Positions 45,701 to 54,554 of a stretch of 64,000 nucleotides of DNA are shown here, piece by piece. The notes below the pieces were generated by a model, which saw nothing but the letters and a program-made list of their open reading frames with translations, did not search any database and was not told the DNA's origin. A program made the translations under genes and the position numbers. This DNA comes from Terriglobia bacterium (lineage in GTDB: Bacteria > Acidobacteriota > Terriglobia > 20CM-2-55-15): NCBI GenBank assembly GCA_965218585.1, contig CBDCLE010000024.1:1-64000 (forward strand), in the 5' to 3' direction. The stretch's first letter is position 1. Every line of letters starts with the position of its first letter.

Positions 45701-45912
45701 ATCTGGCGGGAGATTCGATGGAGACATCAAGCTTGATCACCGTGGCCTGGGCAGACGGCATCCAGGCCGCTATCTATGCATTCAAGGAGATCACGAGCCC
45801 GTACTGGCTGAACGAGCGACGGCTTAGGGATCACAAGATTACACTTATTGGAGAGAAGATCACCCGAGCCGCTACTGAAGGACCCATGAGACCAATCGGT
45901 GGCAAGGAGTAG
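45700..45912 (+). pseudogene. C-terminal remnant of a thioredoxin-reductase-like FAD oxidoreductase
   Basis: AGD......LITVAWADGIQAAIYAFKEI resembles the TrxB-family C-terminal FAD motif and helix; nothing upstream. Confidence 0.45.
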
Positions 45913-45960
45913 CGGGCGAGCGAACCAGTCAAATTGCAAAGTCGGCGGACCTTGCGCAGC

Positions 45961-46009
45961 CACACGGACGTATAGCCGGTTATACAGCTGAGTGACCCAC
46001 GGACCTCAG
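45961..46009 (+). repeat. Palindromic site, copy 3
   Basis: CACACGGACGTATAGCCGGTTATACAGCTGAGTGACCCACGGACCTCAG. Confidence 0.7.
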
Positions 46010-46132
46010 AAGCCCCGAACACGATTTCTTTCGGGAATCAGCCCCACAAATAGTCTAATCTTCGTCGGCTCAGCACCCTCGGAGGTCTTGGAAGGCTCGC
46101 ATGGCCAGTCCTGAAGTCGTCCACCCTTTGCA

Positions 46133-47380
46133 GGCAGCGTTCGTAGTCGCCGAGCGGATGGCGCCGAGCGGCGTCATGCCTCGGTCGACCATCGCGGCAA
46201 ACTCTTTCGCATTGTCGCCGTGAGGATAGACGCCCGCGTCCGTTCCAAACGCTATGTTGACGCCGGCTTCGATGGCACGCCGCACGCTTGCCGCTGCCAA
46301 CGGGATCACCTGCTCGCCCTTGGCACGAATCGGCGGCGGCAGCATAGCTAGCAGCCTGTCGGACTAACACCAAATCAATAATCTAAGTCATTCATATGAC
46401 CGTGTTTACAGTTTCGAGCTGAAAAGGGCCGTCGTTGAAAACAAAGGACTTACGCCGAAAGTCCGACAGGCTGCTAGGTCGATGGCATCGTTGAGGTATG
46501 TGGTCGGCACAAGGTAGGTGCCGTGTTCTTTCATCGCTGCGACGGCCTCGTCGGTGAGCATTGACCCATGGTCGATGGAGGCCACACCGGCCCTCACGGC
46601 GGCGAGGATGCCTTCGGTTCCGTGGGCGTGTGCCGCCACCTTAAGGCCATGCCGGCGCGCTTCCTCGACGATGGCCTGCAGTTCTTCGAAGGAATATTGC
46701 TGTGCGCCCACCGCCTCTTCGAACGACAACACGCCGGCCGTGGCTAGGACCTTGATTACCTTGGCGCCATGCTTGATCTGATAGCGTACAGCCCGGACCA
46801 CTTCGTCGACGCCGTCGGCCACTCCTTGTTCTGGCGTCGACTCCAGTAGACCGGGGATAAAGCCGCCAGCGTCACCGTGGCCGCCGGTGATAGAAAGCGC
46901 GTGGCCGGCGGGCACGATGCGAGGCGCTTCGATGCGTCCAGCATCGCTCGCCTGCGCGAGCGCCACGTCGACAAACTCGACCGACCCAACGTCGCGCACG
47001 GTCGTGAAGCCGGCGATTAGCGTCTTTCGCGCATTGACGACGCCCCGGATGGTCCAGTTCGGCGTGGTCTCAGTGACAGTGCGAAGCTGTATGTTCGGCG
47101 TGAGGTCCAGCATCAGGTGGGTGTGCATGTCAATCAGGCCGGGCAGCAGCGTCATATCGCCCAAGTCGATCGTCTCGGCCCCGGCAGGCGCCTGGACCGG
47201 GTTGATGCCTTGGATCCTCCCATTTTCGACTACGACGACGGCGGGGCTCACGAACTCGCCGCTGTCGACGTCGAGCATCCGATCGGCCCGGATCACCAGG
47301 GATTGGGCGAGGGTTGAGGTGGCGCAGGCCACCAGCATGGCGCCTGCGAGGACGATTGAGCGGACGGCGGTTTTAGACAT
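46133..47380 (-). pseudogene. Amidohydrolase family protein (Xaa-Pro dipeptidase-like), MITE-interrupted and 3'-truncated
   Basis: LLPGLIDMHTH, AGFTTVRD, VAAHAHG, SIDHG, then after the insertion AFGTDAGVYPHG...AIRSATTNAA. The usual closing strand (G..AD) is missing. Confidence 0.88.
46352..46473. mobile_element. 122-bp MITE
   Basis: Perfect 14-bp IRs CAGCCTGTCGGACT / AGTCCGACAGGCTG; CTAG duplicated at 46348-46351 and 46474-46477; AT-rich interior. Removing it restores DAIDLAMLPP. Confidence 0.92.
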
Positions 47381-47708
47381 AGTCTCTCTCTGGTTCAATG
47401 GTGAACAGCCGGTGTCATATGGTTGATCTGTTATTAAAGTATCGTAGCAACGATTCTAAACGATTCTAATGGATGTGCTGGATACGTAGAACGGGAAACG
47501 TGAAGGTGCTTTGCATAAACGTCTCAATAGTGTACAGCTGCTCGCGATGGTGCCAATACTTGTTGTATGAGGCGAGAGAATGTGCTGCAGGTGCGGCCGC
47601 CGCTTCCGTTGATCCTCTCCTATTGCTCTGCAAGAATTCTCGAGTCCTGATAAATCATCTTGTCGGACGTTGAGAATTAAAACCGCTACTTTCCGATAAG
47701 CCGACTAT

Positions 47709-49176
47709 TACTACTATGTTACAAACGGTCTATTTTATGTTAGCATCCGGTCATGAGCGCCAAATCGAAGGCGCCAGGCACTCAGGAAAAACGTTTTGCG
47801 GCCTATTTGGAACGCCTGGCGTCGGCCGCAGGACACGCCGATCGTCATGAACCGTTGAAGTCGTACTGCACCGGGTTGTTGCTGCCGATCAAACGTAAGA
47901 GTGTGGAGCCGATGGCTGCACGATTGGCTCCGGATAATGTACGCCGAATGCACCAGTCGCTACATCATCTGGTCGCGGATGCGCCCTGGGACGATGCGGC
48001 TCTGTTGGCAGAAGTTCGACAGTACGCGCTGGGGGCGATGGAAGCCAACGGTCCGATTGAAGCCTGGATTGTCGACGACACCGGATTCGTGAAAAAGGGG
48101 ACCCACTCGGTGGGTGTGGCCCGGCAATACTGTGGACAGGTCGGCAAACCTGAGAACTGCCGGGTGGCGGTGAGCCTGTCGGTGGCGACAGCGAAATCCA
48201 GCTTGCCGGTGGCATGGCGACTCTACCTCCCCGAGACCTGGGCGAAGGATCCGGAACGTCGAAGCAAAGCCGCTATTCCCGAAGACGTTCGATTTCAAAC
48301 TAAACCTCAAATTGCTTTGGAACAAATCCGGCAGGCCGTCGATGACGGCATTGCTCCGGCACCGGTTCTGGGCGATACGGCCTACGGCAACAACTACAAG
48401 TTCCGGCACGGCATCACCGAACTCGGACTTAGCTACGTCCTAGGGGTGCAAGGCACCACGACCGTGTGGAAACCGGGCCAGGGTCCCTTGCCGCCGAAAT
48501 CCTTGACCGGCCGCGGACGGACACCGACCCGCATGCAGCGCAACAAGAAACATCAACCGGTTTCGGTCAAGCAACTGGCCCTCTCGTTGTCTCCCCAGCG
48601 TTGGAAGAACGTCTCCTGGCGCGAAGGCACCTCCGAGACCCTGCGTTCCCGTTTCGCCGCAGTTCGCATTCGTCCCGCTCATCTGGATCACGAGCGCCAC
48701 TCGCCGCATCCGAAAGAGTGGTTGTTGGTCGAGTGGCCCAAGACCGCATCCGAACCGATCCGGTACTGGCTCTCCACTCTTGGGGCCCATACCTCGCTTT
48801 CCGATCTGGCCGGTCAGGCCAAACAGCGCTGGATCATCGAACGCGACTATCAGGAACTCAAGCAGGAACTCGGTCTGGGACACTACGAAGGTCGCGGCTG
48901 GCGTGGATTTCACCATCATGGCACCTTATGTATTGCCTCTTATGGGTTCCTGGTCGCCGAGCGGAGCCGTTTTTCCCCCTCTGCATTTGTCGAGCATGTT
49001 GGACTATCCGTCCCCAAACTCCCCAAACACTTCAAACCCCGCGGAACCCCGGATCCGGCCCGAACGACATAACCCCTGCTCGATTGCCACGCTTCGCATT
49101 CGCATCGCCCGCTTCCTGATTCAGCAGCTTCCTCGTTGTCCGTTCTGTGGACCGCTTCGTTTATAACACAGTAGTA
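47709..49176 (+). mobile_element. IS701-family insertion sequence, intact, 1468 bp
   Basis: Same IRs and near-identical sequence to 17757-20770 minus the IS1182 insert; flanks CTAT and GTAG do not match. Confidence 0.95.
47753..49072 (+). CDS. IS701-family DDE transposase
   Basis: RKSVEPMA, IVDDTGFVKKGTHSVGVARQYCG, LYLP..W, RWIIERDYQELKQELGLGHYEGRGWRGFHHH. Confidence 0.95.
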   Translation: MSAKSKAPGTQEKRFAAYLERLASAAGHADRHEPLKSYCTGLLLPIKRKSVEPMAARLAPDNVRRMHQSLHHLVADAPWDDAALLAEVRQYALGAMEANGPIEAWIVDDTGFVKKGTHSVGVARQYCGQVGKPENCRVAVSLSVATAKSSLPVAWRLYLPETWAKDPERRSKAAIPEDVRFQTKPQIALEQIRQAVDDGIAPAPVLGDTAYGNNYKFRHGITELGLSYVLGVQGTTTVWKPGQGPLPPKSLTGRGRTPTRMQRNKKHQPVSVKQLALSLSPQRWKNVSWREGTSETLRSRFAAVRIRPAHLDHERHSPHPKEWLLVEWPKTASEPIRYWLSTLGAHTSLSDLAGQAKQRWIIERDYQELKQELGLGHYEGRGWRGFHHHGTLCIASYGFLVAERSRFSPSAFVEHVGLSVPKLPKHFKPRGTPDPARTT

Positions 49177-49700
49177 GTAGATGGCTCACTGGAATCGTCA
49201 CGCTTCTCTTTTTCTTTTTGGTGCAGCCGGCGACCTTGTACCCGATAGCTGCAGAAGGACAGAACGGTGAACCATCAGCTATTGATTTCCAAGCAGCAGA
49301 CTTAGATGGAGGTTCGTTCGACGGCCTCGGCCTGAAGGGGAATATTGTCCTGCTGGATTTCTGGGCGGTGTGGTGCAGACCCTGCCTCGATGCCTTCCCC
49401 AAACTCTACGAACTTAAGTCAGATCTGGCGGACGAAGATTTCCAAATCGTGAGCATCGCGCCCTATTCCGGAACGGCTGGTGACGTAAGGCAATTCCTCC
49501 AAGAATACCCGACCAACTACATCGCAGTCGTTGGAGACGAAGATCTCATCTATCGCTACGGCGTTATTGGTTATCCGACGTATTTCCTCCTCGATCCCCT
49601 TGGTGACATCTACCAAAAGTATGTTGGGGATCTTCCGGGTCTGACGGACCGGATCAAATCGGATGTTGAAGGACTCAGGGAGAAGTTCGGAATGCGCTGA
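49177..49700 (+). CDS. TlpA-family thiol:disulfide oxidoreductase; native start removed by IS701
   Basis: LKGNIVLLDFWAVWCRPC, YGVIGYPTYFLLD. The frame opens at the IS edge as RWLTGIVTLLFFFLVQPA, a signal peptide lacking Met. Confidence 0.85.
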
Positions 49701-49746
49701 TCGCAGCGTGAAGTTACAGTTGAAACTGATTCGAAAGGAGAAAGGA

Positions 49747-50607
49747 ATGCAAAGAAAATTTCTCGCCATCGCTTCGTTGGCTGTGGTTCTGGGATGGGGC
49801 ATTGTGAAGTCAGCCCCCGCCCAGGAGATCTCACCCGAAGCTCAGCAGGTCGTGGATTACCTGCTGGAAGATTGGCAGAAGCAGTTTCGGTCAACAAGTA
49901 TCGCACTAGCGATGAACAATCTCGGGATGGAACCCGACGACTCGCTTCGATTGGAGGTCGGCGAGTACTTTCGCGCCAACGTCAATCGGGCCCGGAATCT
50001 CCAGTTTTGGGGTGCGAACAATTACATCCTGAGTAATGAAGAAAAGCGGGCTGCTAAGTACCTGATGGGAATTGAGAATACCGAAGGGCGGATGCCCGAG
50101 CTCGCAGAGCTATCCCAAGTGTTGGGAATCCCTGCCGAAAATCTTGCTTCGCGATTGCGATTCATGGCCGATGCCGGTTTCCTGAAGCAGGATCCTGTAC
50201 AGGAACTCGGATTCTCACTTGCAGAAGGATTTGAACGTTGGGGTGGCCCACTCCAACATAACTTCCACACGTTACATGTCGAAGGCGAACGGCCCTTCGA
50301 TGTTTGGTGAGCGGTCGACTTCCTGCTGTTGGTCAACAGCGATGATTACAAAGGCAAGCATTTCACCCTCGAAGATTCCTGTGCTCACGGCCACTTGCCA
50401 ATCAGTGTAGAAATAGACAGTGCCACAATCACCGGCATGAATCCGGACTCTGTCTGGGTTCAGCAGGGTGGAGGCTGAGCGGTCGACAACCTCTTCTGGT
50501 CAGAAGAGCACATGAACGAATGGTTAGACGAGCACCCGGAATACCGGGAGTTGAACCAGTCTCCGATAGGAGAGTTTCTGGAGAATCTGAAGTCCCGAAG
50601 TCGTTAG
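49747..50607 (+). CDS. Exported MerB (organomercurial lyase)-like protein with two in-frame TGA codons; probable di-selenoprotein, 286 aa (U188, U244)
   Basis: RBS AAGGAG, signal peptide, winged-helix segment, then FDVW-TGA-AVD...EDSCAHGHLPISVEI...PDSVWV..GGG-TGA-AVDNLFWSEEHMNEW, ending at TAG 50605-50607 just before a terminator. Confidence 0.85.
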
Positions 50608-50632
50608 ACCAGTCACAACAAGTCTCGTTTCG

Positions 50633-50661
50633 AAAGGGCGGCCACCGAGGCCGCCTTTTTT
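50633..50661 (+). terminator. Rho-independent terminator after the MerB-like readthrough ORF
   Basis: AAAG-GGCGGCC-accga-GGCCGCC-TTTTTT. Confidence 0.85.
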
Positions 50662-50714
50662 GCTGTTCTCGCGGGCTGGACCGTGAGTTCAAACTCTATG
50701 ATGCTTCTGACTCA

Positions 50715-51356
50715 TCAAAAATAACCAAGCTCGATGGCTTTCAAGACCGCGCGTGTACGGTCGCGAACACCCATCTTCGAGAGAATACTGGAAACATGGT
50801 TTTTTACTGTGCCCTCGCTCAGATGTAAAGAATCTGCAATTTCCTTGTTGCTGTAGCCGCCGGCCATCAACCGCAGCACTTCGATTTCACGTTCCGTGAT
50901 CGGGAATGGCTCGGAGAGGCTCTCGAAATCATGCTTTCGATTGGCGAGGCCCTCAAGCAATCGTTCCGTGACGGCTGGTCGAATGAGGGTGCCACCGCTA
51001 GCAATCTTTCGGATGGCGCTGGTGAGTTGTTCCAAGGACACGTCCTTCAACATGAAACCTCGCGCTCCAGCGCGAACCGCTTCCAGAACCAGATCATCGT
51101 CGTCGAAGGTTGTCAGGACCAATGTCGGAGGAAGCGTCCCTGCTTCCCGAAGTTTCTTCAGGACTCTCAGGCCATTTGCTTTGGGCAAGCGCACATCGAG
51201 GAGAACGACATCTGGGTTGCTTTCAGGAATAACGTTCATAGCCTCGGCCCCGTCTTTGGCTTCGGCCGTGACTTCGATGTCGTCGACCAACTCAAGCAGG
51301 CCATGAATGCCTTGCCGAACCAGAGTCTGATCTTCGACCAGGCAGACGCGAATCAC
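50715..51356 (-). CDS. NarL/LuxR family response regulator
   Basis: LVEDQ, LLDVRLP, LTTFDDD, GFMLKD, TEREIEVL...SNKEIA...TVKNHVS; GTG start overlaps the kinase TGA. Confidence 0.95.
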   Translation of the reverse strand: MIRVCLVEDQTLVRQGIHGLLELVDDIEVTAEAKDGAEAMNVIPESNPDVVLLDVRLPKANGLRVLKKLREAGTLPPTLVLTTFDDDDLVLEAVRAGARGFMLKDVSLEQLTSAIRKIASGGTLIRPAVTERLLEGLANRKHDFESLSEPFPITEREIEVLRLMAGGYSNKEIADSLHLSEGTVKNHVSSILSKMGVRDRTRAVLKAIELGYF

Positions 51357-52501
51357 GGGCTGCCTTCCTGGAGCGGCATCCATGCGTGGAGCCTAAAACC
51401 TTCAGATAGCTTAGAGTCAATCTGCAAATTTCCTCCGAACTGTTCCAGACGTTCCTGCATTCCTTTCAACCCGTTTCCTATTCGCACGGTCCGTGCACCC
51501 CGGCTGTCGTCACGAGCTTGCACCTCAACTCCGGAAGGCGACTTCCTGAACTCAATCCAGAGATTCGCGGCGTCGGCATGCCGGATCGTGTTGGTAATGA
51601 TTTCCCGGGCGCACCGAAGCAAGGCCTGCGCTCGCAGCGGGTCATCAATGCTCAAATCGTCAGGCAGTATCATGTGAATCCTTGGGTTAGGTACGTCCTC
51701 GATGAGTCTTGTTAACGACCGTTCAAGGTTGATTTGGTCGGTATCACGTACCGAGCTCACCACGCCTCTGACGTCATCAAGCAGCGTCTTCGTGAGGTCC
51801 CGTGCATTCACCGCACGTTCTCTGGTTTCTGCGTCGCTCGTGTGAGCCAGGACTTCAAGGTTCAGGCTCAGAGCAGTCAGGTTGTGACCCAGGACATCGT
51901 GCAACTCTCTGGATATGCGTTGGCGTTCCGCAATCCGGCTGCTTTCCGATAAGAGTTCTTGAGTCGCCTTGAGTTCGGCATTGGCCAGGGCCAATTCTGA
52001 TCGAGCCTTGGATTCACTCGCTGCGAAACTTGCACTAAACAACGCAAGGGCTTCGAATCCTGCGTAAGTAGCGAGGAGGGTCAACGCTACCCCCATCGGA
52101 AAGGACAGCGAAATCAGCCAACCCATCAACAACGACTGAAATAACAGCCACGACAACGCCCACGGCACGGGTAACATCCACCCCAGCTGGAGAGAGACAA
52201 GTACAAGTAGAGCTCCTTCAAAGCCCGAGCAGACAAGGCGGATCATCACCAACGCCAACGTGGTTTGAATGCCAACCATCGCGACACCGAGGGAATCGGG
52301 TTGGACCGAAGCAGGTTGCCAAGGTGTTGAAATGAAGGTAATTCCGAAAGCCAGGAAGAAGCCCAACCAGAGGTAATACGTGGGGTTCGTCAAATAGTCG
52401 GGGTTGAGCCGCAAGACCCTCAACAGCGGCAGGCCAGCCAGTATCCAAGTTAGGATTCCGGCAGAACGTAGAAATTGCCTGGCTTTGTGAGACAGGTCCA
52501 T
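51353..52501 (-). CDS. Membrane sensor histidine kinase (HisKA_3, DesK-like)
   Basis: About five TM helices, ERQRISRELHDVLGH, EIITNTIRHA, GNGLKGMQER. Confidence 0.93.
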   Translation of the reverse strand: MDLSHKARQFLRSAGILTWILAGLPLLRVLRLNPDYLTNPTYYLWLGFFLAFGITFISTPWQPASVQPDSLGVAMVGIQTTLALVMIRLVCSGFEGALLVLVSLQLGWMLPVPWALSWLLFQSLLMGWLISLSFPMGVALTLLATYAGFEALALFSASFAASESKARSELALANAELKATQELLSESSRIAERQRISRELHDVLGHNLTALSLNLEVLAHTSDAETRERAVNARDLTKTLLDDVRGVVSSVRDTDQINLERSLTRLIEDVPNPRIHMILPDDLSIDDPLRAQALLRCAREIITNTIRHADAANLWIEFRKSPSGVEVQARDDSRGARTVRIGNGLKGMQERLEQFGGNLQIDSKLSEGFRLHAWMPLQEGSP

Positions 52502-52511
52502 GATCCCAACG

Positions 52512-52691
52512 TTAGACCGTGATCATGTCAAAACGACAGTGCCGAAAGTCATGGTAAGCGGAAGCTGCTGAATTTACGAGTGGGGTCATGCCCACGAGAT
52601 GGAACGCGCTGAGAAGACCGGCCAGGATCAGATTGGCCGACCTTGTCTCTACCACCGTGTCTTCGAGCCATTCGAACACTGAGGCGAACAT
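52512..52691 (-). pseudogene. Possible N-terminal remnant of a membrane protein (DUF6644-like)
   Basis: MFASVFEWLEDT...LSAFHLVGM, after which similarity breaks down. Confidence 0.3.
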
Positions 52692-52767
52692 GAGATCTAT
52701 TCCCTGTGGGTGCGGCCTATGACCGCACAAGAACGGAGGCTACAGAACCCCCTGCAGGGCTTCGCGA

Positions 52768-53199
52768 TCAATGATGGCCCGGTGCATTGAATGCTCCATG
52801 GACAACCGCGATCTGCCAGTTGTCGTCGACTCTCTTAAAGACCGTCGTGTTCAAGCCCAGAATATCCGCCTCACCACCAGTGAGCGTGTACGCATACGTC
52901 GCCCATGCTGCATCGGCCGTGTTGCCAGTTCGGACATTCGATACGCTGAGGGTCCGGGCCGGTGTCTGGTTGAACAGGATCCCGATGAACCCGAGGACCG
53001 TGCTCTTGCCGTTCATGATGTGGCCGTCCTCGTCCAGCCATACGACGTCATCAGCAAGATGCTGTTCGAAATACGCCATGTCGTGGGTGTTGTATGCGGT
53101 GACGCCTGCCTGAACAAGTTCCGCTCCCGGCTCCTGAGCAAGTGCGGGTGCCGCGCCAAAAGCCACGATCAGGAAAGAGATGCAGAGTAATTTCTTCAC
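52768..53199 (-). CDS. Exported NTF2-like (DUF4440/SnoaL) protein
   Basis: Signal peptide; LADDVVWLD, TTVFKRVDDNWQIAVVH; ends GHH. Confidence 0.8.
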   Translation of the reverse strand: MKKLLCISFLIVAFGAAPALAQEPGAELVQAGVTAYNTHDMAYFEQHLADDVVWLDEDGHIMNGKSTVLGFIGILFNQTPARTLSVSNVRTGNTADAAWATYAYTLTGGEADILGLNTTVFKRVDDNWQIAVVHGAFNAPGHH

Positions 53200-53246
53200 G
53201 TTAGTTCTCCCTTGAGGTGTTTGATCAATTAATACTTGAAAACTTT

Positions 53247-54542
53247 TCACGACAAATCGATACCGTCTTCCATCAATTCTTCATCAGAGGCCTCCCGGGC
53301 CAGAGTGCCTGGAGGGTTCTGATACCAATCCGGATCTTCGTAACTCGTAATTCCGTCCCGAACCTTCAGCACAGTGAACATGCCGCCCATGTCGACGGGA
53401 TCATGTTTCCCAGGTGTGCTCTTCATCGAGATGCTGTTGTCAGGAACAGGCATACCCATTTCAGCCATGCCGGCCATACCGGTCTGCCCCATCGTCATGT
53501 ATCCAGGCAGGAGCGAGCGGATGCGGTTGTCCAGGCCGCCGGGATCGAGTCCGATGACGTTCGGCCCTTCATGCCCCATCTGGTTCATGATGTGGTGGGT
53601 GAAGTGGCAGTGCATGGCCCAGTCCCCGGGTGCGTCGGCGACGAACTCGATGTCTCGCGTCGATCCTACAGGCACGAGCACTGTCGTTTCCGGCCACTGA
53701 GCCGTATCCGCAATGCGGCCCCCGTCGGTTCCCGTGATGTTGAAGGAATAGCCGTGCAAATGGATCGGATGGTTGTCCATAGCGCTCAGGTTCCCGAATC
53801 GGATACGGACGCTTTGACCCGTACCCACAACGAGAGGATCAGTTGCCGGAAAGGCCTTGCTGTTCAAGGTCAGGACGTTAAAGTCCGTCATCTCGCGAGG
53901 GTCGGGCCGACGGGCACCAATGGGGACGAACCACTCGCTCAGCATGATGGCGAAGTCGCGGTCTACGACGTATTGCGGTTCCTGTTCGTGGATAACGAGC
54001 ATGCCCATCAGTCCCATGCCCATCTGCGTCATCTCGTCGACGTGAGGGTGGTACATGAAGGTGCCGGGATTCAACATCGTGAATTCATACCTGAACGTCT
54101 CTCCTGGGCGGATATACGGCTGGTTCAGACCGCCTACGCCGTCCATGCCGTTAGGAAGAATAAGCCCGTGCCAGTGGACGGTCGTGGGTTCCGGCAGGCG
54201 GTTCGTAACGTAGATACGAACCCGGTCACCCTCTACAGCTTCGATCGTCGGTCCGGGAGTTCGGCCGTTGTAGCCCCAACACGGACCCGTGAGTCCGGGA
54301 GCGAATTCATGTTCCACTGGCTCGGCCATGAGGTGGAAGACCTTCACACCATTTTCTACGGTCCGGAAAGGAAGCGAGGTGCCGTTGGGCGTAACCACCG
54401 ATCGATAAGGGTTTCCCGTGCCCTCGGGTGAAGCTGTCGCTCCCGTCGTTTGCGATTGTGCTTCGGCAATGCTGGATGGGCCGATCAGAAGTGCGCCTCC
54501 TGCCAAGACCGAACCTGTCATGAATTTTCTTCGCGAAACCAT
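53247..54542 (-). CDS. Tat-exported multicopper oxidase
   Basis: SRRKF Tat motif, TVHWHG, MYHPH, HPIHLHG, MHCHFTHH; Met-rich tail. Confidence 0.93.
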   Translation of the reverse strand: MVSRRKFMTGSVLAGGALLIGPSSIAEAQSQTTGATASPEGTGNPYRSVVTPNGTSLPFRTVENGVKVFHLMAEPVEHEFAPGLTGPCWGYNGRTPGPTIEAVEGDRVRIYVTNRLPEPTTVHWHGLILPNGMDGVGGLNQPYIRPGETFRYEFTMLNPGTFMYHPHVDEMTQMGMGLMGMLVIHEQEPQYVVDRDFAIMLSEWFVPIGARRPDPREMTDFNVLTLNSKAFPATDPLVVGTGQSVRIRFGNLSAMDNHPIHLHGYSFNITGTDGGRIADTAQWPETTVLVPVGSTRDIEFVADAPGDWAMHCHFTHHIMNQMGHEGPNVIGLDPGGLDNRIRSLLPGYMTMGQTGMAGMAEMGMPVPDNSISMKSTPGKHDPVDMGGMFTVLKVRDGITSYEDPDWYQNPPGTLAREASDEELMEDGIDLS

Positions 54543-54554
54543 CTCAAGTTCTCC

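Noticed and set aside
47689-47725. dif-like sequence CTTTCCGATAA-GCCGAC-TATTAC at the IS701 left edge
   Set aside because: Only the XerC-like arm matches; the other side is IS sequence and lacks TTATG at the right spacing.
17757-49176. Composite transposon formed by the two IS701 copies
   Set aside because: Copy 1 has its own target duplication inside one gene, so it inserted independently.
50308-50478. UGA read as Trp or Gly (genetic code 4 or 25), or a simple pseudogene, as the explanation for the MerB-like readthrough
   Set aside because: TGA terminates many ordinary genes in this window and Trp uses TGG. Both TGAs align with catalytic Cys and share a downstream motif.
53217-54431. Long opposite-strand ORFs (404 aa here; also 57776-58909, 41697-42707, 35315-36301, 16421-17257)
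   Set aside because: Antisense shadows of well-supported genes in GC-rich DNA, with no motifs of their own.
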